Assembly: GCA_018303185.1 (NCBI GenBank)
Contig: JAGVYR010000030.1
Location: forward strand, 1 to 54,562
Reading direction: 5' to 3'
Source of the DNA: Candidatus Woesearchaeota archaeon
GTDB lineage: Archaea; Nanobdellota; Nanobdellia; Woesearchaeales; GW2011-AR4
DNA: 54,562 bases
The number at the start of each line of letters is the position of its first letter. Position 1 is the stretch's first letter. The notes beneath the pieces are model-generated. The model searched no databases and was not told where the DNA came from. It saw nothing but the letters and a program-made list of their open reading frames with translations. A program made the translations under genes and the position numbers. This document shows positions 28,607 to 37,846 of the stretch, in pieces.

Positions 28607-29431
28607 ATGAACCATCTACTTTTCGGCACTGCAGGCATACCCTTGCTAACTAAAGGAAGCACTACAGACGGCATAGTGGATGTAAGGAAGATGGGCCTAG
28701 GCGCAATGGAGCTTGAATTCGTGAGGAGCGTCAATATCTCCAGAGAAAGGGCGCCAGAAGTGAAGAATGCAAAAGAAAAGAATGGTGTTGTCCTGACGTG
28801 CCATGCGCCTTATTTCATAAATTTAAATTCTGATGACAGATTGAAGCTGAAGGCAAGCAAAGAGCGCATTCTGAACTCTGCAAGAATATTAAGCTTGTGC
28901 GGGGGCTGGAGCGTGTGCTTCCATCCGGGCTTTTACCAGAAGAGCACGAAGGAAGACACATTTAACAATATCAAAAACGCAATAAAAGAACTCTCAACAA
29001 CCATAAAAAAAGAAAAAAACAACGTTTGGCTTCGCATGGAAACAACAGGCAAGGGAAGCCAGTTCGGGAATATAAACGAGATTCTGGATATCTCGGCAGA
29101 GTTTGACAATGTCATGCCATGCGTTGACTTTTCGCATCTGCATGCAAGAACCAATGGAAAATATAACACAAAAAAGGAATTTGACCAAATTCTTGGACTT
29201 ATAGAGAAAAAACTGGGAAAGAACGGGCTTCAGAACATGCACATTCATGTTTCAGGCATTGCCTATGGGGAGAAAGGGGAGAAGCATCATCTTATCCTTA
29301 AGGAATCGGACTTTAACTATAAAGATCTGCTTAAGTCACTGAAAGACTTTAATGCAGCAGGCGTATTGATTAGCGAGAGCCCGAATATAGAAGGGGATGC
29401 GCTGGTAATGCAGGAAGAATACGGAAAATAA
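28607..29431 (+). CDS. nfo: Endonuclease IV (AP endonuclease family 2)
   Basis: HAPYFINL, FHPG, ETTGK, DFSHLHAR, HIH, ESP. Confidence 0.9.
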   Translation: MNHLLFGTAGIPLLTKGSTTDGIVDVRKMGLGAMELEFVRSVNISRERAPEVKNAKEKNGVVLTCHAPYFINLNSDDRLKLKASKERILNSARILSLCGGWSVCFHPGFYQKSTKEDTFNNIKNAIKELSTTIKKEKNNVWLRMETTGKGSQFGNINEILDISAEFDNVMPCVDFSHLHARTNGKYNTKKEFDQILGLIEKKLGKNGLQNMHIHVSGIAYGEKGEKHHLILKESDFNYKDLLKSLKDFNAAGVLISESPNIEGDALVMQEEYGK

Positions 29432-30718
29432 TCATCCGCGCCTGAAAAACTCCTCGGTGCCCTTTGCCTCAATCGCGGCAACAAGCTTCTTTGATGCGTA
29501 TATGTATGCAGCTGTCCTGAAGCTGGTCTTATGCTCTTCCCTGGCTTTCAGGACCTCTTCAAATGCCATTACCATGAGCTTCTTAAGCCTTTCCTGAACT
29601 GTCTCAAGCTCCCAGTAATATCCAGCCCTGTTTTGAACCCATTCAAAATAGCTTACAGATACGCCGCCAGCATTGGCAAGAATGTCAGGAATTATTGTTA
29701 CGCCTTTCTTAAAAAGTATTTCGTCAGCCTCTATCGTTGTGGGGCCGTTTGCCAGTTCCACAATAAGCTTTGCTTTTATCCTGTCAGCGTTTTTCTCTGT
29801 TATCTGGTTTTCCAGCGCTGCCGGAATCAATATGTCAACGTCAAGCTCAAGAAGCTGCTCATTCGTGACGTCTTCATGCTCAATGTCATCGCATACAGTG
29901 CCTCTGCAGTATACTCCGTCAATCATGCCTTTTTCCTGCTTTACTTTGAGTATAGAGTCAGGATGTAAGGAGCCTGTTTTCGTGTAAATGCCGCCCTTTG
30001 AGTCGCTCAATGCAACAATCTTATAGCCGTCATCATGTAAAAGCCTTGCAATATGATAGCCTGCGTTCCCAAATCCCTGCACAGCGACCCTCAGCTTTTT
30101 TTCATCAAGATTATGCTTTTTTGCATACTCCCTGATTATGTAATAGGCGCCTCTTGCAGTCGCATCATCCCTGCCTTTGCTCCCTCCCAAGGAAACTGGC
30201 TTTCCTGTTATGACTGCCGGCGTCAATTTCCTTGAGATGCGGCTGTACTCGTCAGCCATCCAGCCCATTATTGTCTCGTTTGTATAAACGTCAGGTGCAG
30301 GAATGTCAATGTCAGGGCCTATGAACTCGTAAATCCCCCGTATATAGCCTCTGCTTAATCTTTCAAGCTCCTGCTTTGAGAGCTTTTTGGGGTTGACAAT
30401 CACGCCGCCTTTCGCGCCTCCGAACGGAATGCCCACAACTGCGCATTTGAAAGTCATCCAGAATGCCAGCGTCTTGACTTCATCCATGTCCACATTTGGA
30501 TGGTAGCGTATCCCGCCCTTTGTTGGGCCAAGAATGTCATTGTAATGCACGCGATATCCTTTGAAAATTTCAAGCTTGCCGTTGTCCATCCTCACAGGGA
30601 TGCTCACTTCTATTATCTGCTTCGGGTTTTCCAGCGTTTTTTTAGCGTCATCACTGACTTTGAAGAATCTCGTAGCTTTTTCAAACTGCTTTACTGCGTT
30701 TTCAAAAAGTCCCGGCAT
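29432..30718 (-). CDS. gdhA: Glutamate dehydrogenase
   Basis: GPTKGGIRYHP, GGAKGG, DIPAPD, TGKP, QGFGNAG, ANGP, NAGGV. Confidence 0.96.
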   Translation of the reverse strand: MPGLFENAVKQFEKATRFFKVSDDAKKTLENPKQIIEVSIPVRMDNGKLEIFKGYRVHYNDILGPTKGGIRYHPNVDMDEVKTLAFWMTFKCAVVGIPFGGAKGGVIVNPKKLSKQELERLSRGYIRGIYEFIGPDIDIPAPDVYTNETIMGWMADEYSRISRKLTPAVITGKPVSLGGSKGRDDATARGAYYIIREYAKKHNLDEKKLRVAVQGFGNAGYHIARLLHDDGYKIVALSDSKGGIYTKTGSLHPDSILKVKQEKGMIDGVYCRGTVCDDIEHEDVTNEQLLELDVDILIPAALENQITEKNADRIKAKLIVELANGPTTIEADEILFKKGVTIIPDILANAGGVSVSYFEWVQNRAGYYWELETVQERLKKLMVMAFEEVLKAREEHKTSFRTAAYIYASKKLVAAIEAKGTEEFFRRG

Positions 30719-30782
30719 TTTTACACCTTATTTTTATATTTTTAATGGTATACCTGTAAATATATAAATTCTTGGTTTAAGC

Positions 30783-32105
30783 CTAAAAAGACCCTCCTGA
30801 AAGTATTCTCTTTGTCTCTGCCTTGTAATCCTCTACATTGGGCTGGTCAAAGGGGTTCACTTCCATCAAAAAGCCAAGATACATAATCTCCATCATTTTT
30901 AACTGCAGGAGCTGGCCAATTGAAGACTCTGACTTGTCCGGCAAAGCCAATTCCATGAACGGCCTTTTTCCTTTCCTGAAAGCTGCCTTTGTGCCTTCAA
31001 GAACTGCATTCATTATTTTTTCAAGCGATTTTCCCTGTATTTTATCCACAAGGTTTGAATATTCCTTAAAATCAGGGACTTTTACATTGGCTTTATTACC
31101 CCTAACCCTTACAAAAGCCGTAAACTTGTCATAAGGCCCGCCAAGATAGAGCTGGGCCATTGAATGCAGGTCGGTCGAGCCTATGGAGACTGTCGGAGTA
31201 ATGCCGTTATGGATTTTTTTGCCTTTTACACTGAACTCCTTTCCAATGCTCTCGCCCATCAGCTGCCTGTACCACTTGCCTACTGATTCAAGGTCGTTTG
31301 AGAACAAAAACAAGTCTGCAATATTTTTTCCTTTTTTCGAGTTCAGATAAAGAAGGATTGCACTTAAGGCTGCAGGATTATTTTTTATATTTTTATTTAA
31401 GCATTGCTTTCTCATCAATGCGGCGCCTTCCAGCAATTTATCAATATTAACGCCAATCAACCCTAAAGGAAACAATCCCACCGGTGAGAAAACAGAATAC
31501 CTGCCGCCGACTTTCTTCGGAATTTCAAGGGTGCCAAAGCCTTTTTCCAATGCGAGATTCCAGTATTTTGAGCCTTTGTCACTTGTTACAACAACATATT
31601 TTTCATAATTTTTTTTATATTTTTTTAATAATCTGATAAAAATCTCAAAATTTGCCATTGTCTCGGTTGTGCCGCCTGACTTTGAAACCCCGTTTATGAT
31701 GATGTTTTTTCCTTTTTTAAGGACGGGCTCAATTATGCCCATTATATCCTGCACGGAATCAGAATCAACAGTGTCCGAGTACAGTATCTTTATCCTTGGA
31801 TTGAGCTGGTTGTAAAACTTCCCCAAGACAGCTTCCTGCACCGCTATCGTGCCGAGGTTGCTGCCGCCTATGCCAACCACAACCAGATACTCAGGATTAA
31901 GCGCCTTTTTGGCTTTTATTATCTTTATAACATTGTTTAATGCTTTTTCATCTGTTGGCAGGTTAATTGAAGCCTTGTCATTCCCATAGCCTTTTTTTGA
32001 GGCGAGGGACATGCCTTTTATTTCCTTTTGAAGCGTTCTACCAGCCTTATTTATCTTATTTTGAGAAATAAAGGAACCAGAATAGCTGAGTTTTATTTTT
32101 TCCAT
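30783..32105 (-). CDS. pgi: Glucose-6-phosphate isomerase (bacterial type)
   Basis: GIGGSNLG, SKSGGTTET, GGRYS, QLMGESIGK, DLHS, PFDQP.VE.YK. Confidence 0.93.
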   Translation of the reverse strand: MEKIKLSYSGSFISQNKINKAGRTLQKEIKGMSLASKKGYGNDKASINLPTDEKALNNVIKIIKAKKALNPEYLVVVGIGGSNLGTIAVQEAVLGKFYNQLNPRIKILYSDTVDSDSVQDIMGIIEPVLKKGKNIIINGVSKSGGTTETMANFEIFIRLLKKYKKNYEKYVVVTSDKGSKYWNLALEKGFGTLEIPKKVGGRYSVFSPVGLFPLGLIGVNIDKLLEGAALMRKQCLNKNIKNNPAALSAILLYLNSKKGKNIADLFLFSNDLESVGKWYRQLMGESIGKEFSVKGKKIHNGITPTVSIGSTDLHSMAQLYLGGPYDKFTAFVRVRGNKANVKVPDFKEYSNLVDKIQGKSLEKIMNAVLEGTKAAFRKGKRPFMELALPDKSESSIGQLLQLKMMEIMYLGFLMEVNPFDQPNVEDYKAETKRILSGGSF

Positions 32106-32160
32106 TTTTATCTTTGTTTTTAGGTTTGTTTTTAAAATTGTCGGTAAGGAGTAAGGCAAT

Positions 32161-33621
32161 TTAAGGGAAGTATACTTCCGTCTCCGGGTGGAATGCGGCC
32201 CATGCAAACCAAAACAGCGTCTCGACCGCTATATCACTTCCTTCTGATGCTTTAGCTTTGGCACTCTTTAAAGTATTATTAAAATCTACAATGATTTTTT
32301 CTCCACCTAATGAATCCTCAACTGTTCCAACACGCTCCAAATCGCTTTTTTTGTATGCCTTAAATTTCCCATTAAGCTCTATCCCGTAAACTATTTCGTA
32401 AGCATCAAGCCTGAAATCCTCATTCTGCAGCCTGAACCTGAGGTTTATATCGGTAAAATCTCCATCCCTGCCATAGGGATTGCTGCCGCTGTAATCCCTG
32501 GATGGAAAACCGGTGTCCTTTGAAAGTACTTCACTATCAGGATATGCCTTTTTCCAATCACCCCACTTTACGGTGTCTGTGGGGAGCTTTTTCAGCTTTG
32601 TCCCGGTCAAAGGGCCTATAACTGCCTTTCCGAGCGTTTGCGGCCAATAAGAATCTGTTTTCCTGTCGTACATGACAAGCTCCGAGTTTAATAATTTTCC
32701 GGAAACGCCGAATTCAACCGCTTCTCCGCCTATTTCCCTGTGAAATGCCAGTCCGGTGAAGCACAGCGGGCAGTAAGATACCAATATGGGGTCTCCCAGT
32801 ATATTGTCATTTACAATCTCATGGCTTACCAGAATCCTGAAGGGGTAGAACCTTTTCTCGCCCCTGTAAACTATGCCCAGGCCAAGCTCATCGTCAGGGA
32901 GCCACTTGCCTGCATTTTCCACTTCAATAAACTTTGGATTATCTATCGAAGGTATGCCGTCTTTTGGAACTCCGCCAGAGAGAAGCTCATCCGGATGAAT
33001 GATATACCTTGTTCCATCCTGCAGAGTTTTTATTTCGTCCGCCACACTCAAACCTATTCCTTTATCCCTATTATCTTCCAATAATTTGCCAAGTTTTTCC
33101 CCAATCTCTTCATCCGTAAGCGGGCCGAATTTTTTGCCTTTAATTCTGCCATCCACCCCTATGAAATAAGTTACCGGCTGAGTAAACACATTATACGCTT
33201 CCCTTGCGCTTTTATCAGGGTCAAGCAATATGGGGTAAGATACCTGAATTTCACCAATGGACTTCCTTACAGCTTCAGGGCTTTCCTGCAAGTTTATTCC
33301 TATTATCTCCAAATTCCCCTTATTTTCCCTGTAGATTTTCTCAAATGCCGGCATCTCCTGCCTGCACGGCGGGCACCATGATGCCCAGAAGTTGAGTATA
33401 ACCGCCTTATTGCCGCGGAATGAGCTCAACTGCACTTTTTCCCCGTTCAAGGAGTTAAGAATGAAATCCGGCGGTAGGTCTCCAATGCCGAGGCCTGTGC
33501 CATGCCCTTTTATAACAGCTGAGTTTTTGTCCTTTTGGAAATAATTTTCTAATACTGGCAAGGCGGCCATTAGTATAATTGTAATAAGCAAAATCAGGAT
33601 AACTTTTTGATTATTCTCCAT
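32161..33621 (-). CDS. Membrane-anchored TlpA-like thioredoxin fused to DUF3179
   Basis: NFWASWCPPC redoxin domain, then SGG.PKDGIPSID, SYCPLC, FGVSG, YDR.T.S.W.Q, FWFAW..FHP. Confidence 0.85.
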   Translation of the reverse strand: MENNQKVILILLITIILMAALPVLENYFQKDKNSAVIKGHGTGLGIGDLPPDFILNSLNGEKVQLSSFRGNKAVILNFWASWCPPCRQEMPAFEKIYRENKGNLEIIGINLQESPEAVRKSIGEIQVSYPILLDPDKSAREAYNVFTQPVTYFIGVDGRIKGKKFGPLTDEEIGEKLGKLLEDNRDKGIGLSVADEIKTLQDGTRYIIHPDELLSGGVPKDGIPSIDNPKFIEVENAGKWLPDDELGLGIVYRGEKRFYPFRILVSHEIVNDNILGDPILVSYCPLCFTGLAFHREIGGEAVEFGVSGKLLNSELVMYDRKTDSYWPQTLGKAVIGPLTGTKLKKLPTDTVKWGDWKKAYPDSEVLSKDTGFPSRDYSGSNPYGRDGDFTDINLRFRLQNEDFRLDAYEIVYGIELNGKFKAYKKSDLERVGTVEDSLGGEKIIVDFNNTLKSAKAKASEGSDIAVETLFWFAWAAFHPETEVYFP

Positions 33622-33726
33622 TACAAAAACATTAATGCACCTGTGCTTGATTAATATTTGGTTTAATAAACAACTTATACTTATATACTTTAAGCCAGAG
33701 TTTTCGAAAATGAATTGGGCAATCCA

Positions 33727-33885
33727 TTAAAATTTCACAGCATTTTTTGTAATATCAATATTGCAGCTATTATGGCTCCTGCACCACGCCTCACATCTTT
33801 CCGCCAGTTCTTTCGTTTCATACGCAAAGCCGCATTCCTGACAAATGGAGCAGGTTTTGCCTTTTCTTGTTATCTCATTTGCCAT
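33727..33885 (-). CDS. 52-aa Cys-rich putative metal-binding protein (not in ORF track)
   Basis: MANEITRKGKTCSICQECGFAYETKELAERCEAWCRSHNSCNIDITKNAVKF; 29 bp downstream of the DipZ-like gene, same strand. Confidence 0.75.
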   Translation of the reverse strand: MANEITRKGKTCSICQECGFAYETKELAERCEAWCRSHNSCNIDITKNAVKF

Positions 33886-33914
33886 TTTATAGCCGTTATA
33901 AAAATTAAAGATTA

Positions 33915-35111
33915 CTATCCAAAAGTAAACGTATACAGCTTGAACCTTTTCCCTTTCGCCACTATCTCAATCCTGTGCTTCCCGTACTCATAGTCAGCAA
34001 GATTGTAGAGCCTTTCCTCATTGACTTTTGCAATTCCGCTGGTGCCGATATCGCCACCTTTTGTGCTTTCATCCGCTTTTTTCCCGTCAATAAAGACCTC
34101 TATCTCTGCCTCGCTGTCAGAGCCGGCAACGATATTCAGGACTTTGGCATCATAATTCAGGATAAGCCTTGCCCCTTCCTCTTCGGACTCAATGTTGTCT
34201 GCATTAACTTTCCATTTTCCTTCAAGATAGATGTAGTTGTCAAGCATTTTTTCAGGAAGAGTGTAATCAACTATCCTGTTGGCAGGCAGCCCTTCCTCAT
34301 TTCCAAAATTGCCCCTGGTAAAATCATAGCCAAGGTAAAGCTCGGGAGTGCCTATATTTCCGGTAATGGAAACAGCATCTTCCGGCCTGCTTATCTCCAT
34401 GCTAATATCCTGCTCCATGCCCATCCTTTCTGCTCTTTCCTGCAGAAGCTCCTGAATCTTCATTTCTGTCTCGGCATACGCCCCCTCGCCAATATGGTCA
34501 TACCTTACAAAGCCGTCAATGTCAATAAGATACTTGCGGGGCCAGAACCTGTTGTTGTAGGCGCGCCATGTTGAATAGGAGTTGTCCTGCACAATGGGAT
34601 ATTGAAGCCGGTATTTTTCGGCTGCCTGCTTCACGTTATTGTAGTCTTTCTCAAACTCGAATTCAGGAGTGTGCACCCCAATAATGACAAGCCCCTTGTC
34701 CTTATACTTATCATGCCATTCCTTAATGTACGGGAGAGTGCGGATGCAGTTTATGCATGTGTATGTCCAAAAGTCTACCAAAACAACTTTGCCTTTCTGG
34801 TTTGCTATGCTTATGCTGTCATCGGTGTTTATGTAGCCTGCAATTCCCCTTAATTCAGGAGCCTGCTGGAAATTTGCTGATTTCGAGGCAATGGCTTTCT
34901 CATCCGGGATGTAATCTGAAATTCTTTCCTGAACCTGCGCTTGATTTGAGCCTGAAGATTCTGAATTTTCCGCAGGAATATCGCTTTCTATTGAATTTTC
35001 ATCCAAGATATCCACTTCTGAAGGCACTGAAACCTTTTGGGACTCAAAATAGTAAATCAGCGAGGCTATTGCCGTCAATACAATTATCAATGCAAATGCC
35101 CTGTTTTTCAC
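33915..35111 (-). CDS. DipZ-like redoxin (Trx domain + DipZ C-terminal domain)
   Basis: DFWTYTCINC, GVHTPEF, WP..YLID, HIGEG.Y, TPELYLG, RLYNL, YTFTFG. Confidence 0.88.
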   Translation of the reverse strand: MKNRAFALIIVLTAIASLIYYFESQKVSVPSEVDILDENSIESDIPAENSESSGSNQAQVQERISDYIPDEKAIASKSANFQQAPELRGIAGYINTDDSISIANQKGKVVLVDFWTYTCINCIRTLPYIKEWHDKYKDKGLVIIGVHTPEFEFEKDYNNVKQAAEKYRLQYPIVQDNSYSTWRAYNNRFWPRKYLIDIDGFVRYDHIGEGAYAETEMKIQELLQERAERMGMEQDISMEISRPEDAVSITGNIGTPELYLGYDFTRGNFGNEEGLPANRIVDYTLPEKMLDNYIYLEGKWKVNADNIESEEEGARLILNYDAKVLNIVAGSDSEAEIEVFIDGKKADESTKGGDIGTSGIAKVNEERLYNLADYEYGKHRIEIVAKGKRFKLYTFTFG

Positions 35112-35112
35112 C

Positions 35113-35853
35113 TTATTCCTCCTTTTTTATTGCGGTTGCGGCAAGGTAGCTGAGAAATGCCGGGATAAGGGGAAGGACGCACGGGCTGAGGAATGAGGCG
35201 ATGCCCGCTATGAAAGAGATTCCAAGCCCGACTGTGCTTCCTGAAGCGCTGATTCCTGCATCAAGGGACACAAGCAGGCTGGATACAGCTGAGAAGTTGG
35301 CAACTCTTGAAAGGTTGTTTGTAAAAACAAGGACGCCTATCAGTACAAGCAGGGCTCCAAAGATGTAATTGACAATCTTCAGCTTATCGGTGTACCTGCT
35401 TATCCATCCTGAAGCGCGGTCTGTGAAAAGGCCTACAACAAGGAACGGTATGCCCAAGCCAAGCGAGTAAGAAAGCATAAGCGGGAACGCGCTGCCAGGA
35501 TTTGAGACTGCCAGAGTAAGTATAGCGCCAAGAATTGCACCTACGCAGGGCGTCCAGCCTACAGCGAATGCAGCGCCGAAAACAAATGACGTTATGTAGG
35601 AATACCTGAACTTCCTCTTTACCTGCAGCTTGTGCTCGCGCTCAAGGAATGGTATTTTAACAAGGCCGAGCAGGAAGATTCCAAAGAATATTATTATTGC
35701 TCCTCCAATCCAGCCAAGTACCTTCTGCACTTTGAAAGCGTATGCTGAGAGCACGCTCTGGAGTAAAACACCCACAACAGAAAAGACAAGGCTGAAGCCC
35801 AATACGAAAAATACAGAGTTTATGAAAATGCTCCACTGCTTTTTGCCTTCCAT
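35113..35853 (-). CDS. ccdA: CcdA/DsbD-beta electron transporter, circularly permuted
   Basis: FVLGF, GWTPC (C103), YSLGLGIPF; the normally N-terminal AG..SFLSPCVLPLIP (C225) is at the C-terminus. Confidence 0.88.
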   Translation of the reverse strand: MEGKKQWSIFINSVFFVLGFSLVFSVVGVLLQSVLSAYAFKVQKVLGWIGGAIIIFFGIFLLGLVKIPFLEREHKLQVKRKFRYSYITSFVFGAAFAVGWTPCVGAILGAILTLAVSNPGSAFPLMLSYSLGLGIPFLVVGLFTDRASGWISRYTDKLKIVNYIFGALLVLIGVLVFTNNLSRVANFSAVSSLLVSLDAGISASGSTVGLGISFIAGIASFLSPCVLPLIPAFLSYLAATAIKKEE

Positions 35854-35854
35854 A

Positions 35855-36400
35855 TCAGTTTACACCTGCGCTGTTTATAGATTCTATTACCTTGTCCTTT
35901 GTGAATGCCTCCAAAGACCTTGAGGCTTCTTTTCCATCGCTGCCAATTATTACCTTTGTATGCTGCAGCCTTATATTGAATTTCTCTATCATTTCCTTGT
36001 CCTCTTCATTTGTTTTGCCGTCATTGAAATGAACCTCATAGCCAACGACATTTTCATTGTCCAATTCATTGAAAGCTGAGAATATGTGCGGCTGCTCTGC
36101 ATTGCAGATAGGGCACCAGTCTGCATGAAAGTCAAGGAAGATAGTTTTTCCTTCCTTTAACGACTGCTCGTAATGGGCTTTGTCAAACCTATAATAATTA
36201 TTTGCGAGTTTTTCCAGATTTTCGTTGGATTCCATCATTGCGCCTTTTCCAATAGTGCTGTCCTTTTCCATCATATTGCCCGTTTCAATGGCTTTTTCCT
36301 GTATCGCTTCCTCATTTATCTCTGCATTCCGGGCAACATTAGAGCATCCGTATGCGAAAACCATTGCCGCCATTAAAATTCCCAAAAACACCGATTTCAT
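35855..36400 (-). CDS. Thioredoxin-like lipoprotein
   Basis: Lipobox-like FAYGC; FHADWCPIC; QHT. Confidence 0.82.
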   Translation of the reverse strand: MKSVFLGILMAAMVFAYGCSNVARNAEINEEAIQEKAIETGNMMEKDSTIGKGAMMESNENLEKLANNYYRFDKAHYEQSLKEGKTIFLDFHADWCPICNAEQPHIFSAFNELDNENVVGYEVHFNDGKTNEEDKEMIEKFNIRLQHTKVIIGSDGKEASRSLEAFTKDKVIESINSAGVN

Positions 36401-36477
36401 TCCATCACCCTGAGTTTTTTTCTCTTTTTTCTTTTCAGGCTTATATTAAATTTCTATTAAGCCATTAAAACAACGGC

Positions 36478-36762
36478 TTAATCCCTTGTTATGAACAATA
36501 AAACTGCAAAAGCTACTGCCTGCAATAGGCTGAAAATGAAGACGTGCACTGAAACTGCGGGCACATAGTAGTCCATCATGGTAACGAAGTAGTACAATGA
36601 TATAAGATTCTGAGCCAAGAAAAGAATTGCGAAGATGAAAAGCCCGTAAGTGAACCTCGATTTTATCCTGCTGAGATTCTTTGTGTATATCACCAACAGC
36701 GCTACAAGCAGAATTGTCGAGATTCCTGTAAAAATCGTTGTCAAATTCATCAGCATTGCCAT
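36478..36762 (-). CDS. Small 3-TM membrane protein
   Basis: Hydrophobic, Y.KN..S.FT.GL..F pattern; follows the ArsR-like regulator. Confidence 0.7.
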   Translation of the reverse strand: MAMLMNLTTIFTGISTILLVALLVIYTKNLSRIKSRFTYGLFIFAILFLAQNLISLYYFVTMMDYYVPAVSVHVFIFSLLQAVAFAVLLFITRD

Positions 36763-36820
36763 AAAGCTTCATCCCAGCTTTTGTTTATATAGTTTTACCC
36801 AAATTGGTTCCAAAATGAGC

Positions 36821-37111
36821 CTATTTTTTCTCAATCTTCCCCCAAATCCCATTAAAAGTGCTGATATCTGCTTTTATATACTCGGAAAGAAAAAATACAG
36901 CCCCGTAATTCCCCTTGTTTATTGCCGTAATAATCTGGTTTTTCTCCAGAACTTCAAGATGATGCCTGACCGTCTTGTAGTCTAATTTTAACTTTTCCGC
37001 GATTTTATTTGCGTTCGAGGGAGTTTTCTCAAGCAGCTTTATTATCCTGCCTCGAGTCTCGCCGCCCCTGGTGCCTGCAATAAGATACCATAAAAGGTTT
37101 TTCATGGGCAT
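36821..37111 (-). CDS. ArsR-family winged-helix regulator
   Basis: LLWYLIAGTRGG.TR, NANKIA..L.LDYKTVRHHL..L, YG. Confidence 0.88.
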   Translation of the reverse strand: MPMKNLLWYLIAGTRGGETRGRIIKLLEKTPSNANKIAEKLKLDYKTVRHHLEVLEKNQIITAINKGNYGAVFFLSEYIKADISTFNGIWGKIEKK

Positions 37112-37181
37112 TCAATGAGATGGAAGTTTTTAAGGCTTTTGGGGTATATAAGCTTTTAACCTGAACATCATTACCTCACTT

Positions 37182-37667
37182 ATGGCAGCAGTGTTAAGTT
37201 CAATGGCAGATGCTCAATCGGCAACTCTGAGAAAAATTGAATCCCTGAAACCTGAAGAAGTTGATGTGGATAATCATCGCTTTTCTTTAAACCCTATGGT
37301 CTCTATCGGATACAATGGGTGCAGGGCAGTTATCCTGAAAGGCAGAAACAGCCAGATGGGCTTAAGCCATACGCCACCCTATAAAGATATTGGCTCGTAT
37401 CTTGATGAAGCTGAAATTATATTTGGCGGTTACGAAGGTATGGGCGCTATTGTCTTCCCTAAATTTGAAAAATTTGAGGAAAAATGCCTTGACAGGGGCA
37501 TAAGCCCCCTTAGGCTTCCATGGCTGGAAGCGGCAGATGCAGCTTTTTCTGAAAGCCATGAAAAGAGAGACATTATAGTGGTGCCTTCTGCTTTGGAAAT
37601 ATTTGTTTATACTGCAACAAGAGAATTTAGCGGCACATTTTCCGGAAGCAGGCTTAAGCGCCATTGA
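37182..37667 (+). CDS. Hypothetical protein, possible CheD/CNF1-like Cys-His deamidase fold
   Basis: SIGYNGCRAVIL....MGLSH resembles the CheD motif TxGLGSCxxVxL....GxxH. Confidence 0.45.
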   Translation: MAAVLSSMADAQSATLRKIESLKPEEVDVDNHRFSLNPMVSIGYNGCRAVILKGRNSQMGLSHTPPYKDIGSYLDEAEIIFGGYEGMGAIVFPKFEKFEEKCLDRGISPLRLPWLEAADAAFSESHEKRDIIVVPSALEIFVYTATREFSGTFSGSRLKRH

Positions 37668-37770
37668 ATTCTGTTAAATAGACACATCATCCACAAGCTT
37701 TTTAAATATCGGATATGCAATATTTCAACAGTGGTTTTGAAAGGAAAGCGGCGGTTTTCGGGCGCAGGGA

Positions 37771-37789
37771 GTTAAATCATGGATTTAAC
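37771..37789. promoter_or_regulatory. Palindromic operator upstream of the CARF-like regulator
   Basis: Perfect GTTAAATC-ATG-GATTTAAC just upstream of TTTAAAAA. Confidence 0.5.
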
Positions 37790-37846
37790 CATTAAGGAAA
37801 ACCATTTAAAAAACAGAAATTATCCGGTTAAACGGGCGATTGAAAG

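Noticed and set aside
33715..33993. 92-aa plus-strand ORF in the ORF track
   Set aside because: Antisense to the better-supported 52-aa Cys-rich ORF and to the dipZ-like 3' end
32161..36400. Selenocysteine or stop-codon readthrough in the redox genes
   Set aside because: Active sites are encoded as Cys in uninterrupted frames, and the Ser of the CxxS at 46856-47302 is TCG; no in-frame TGA needed
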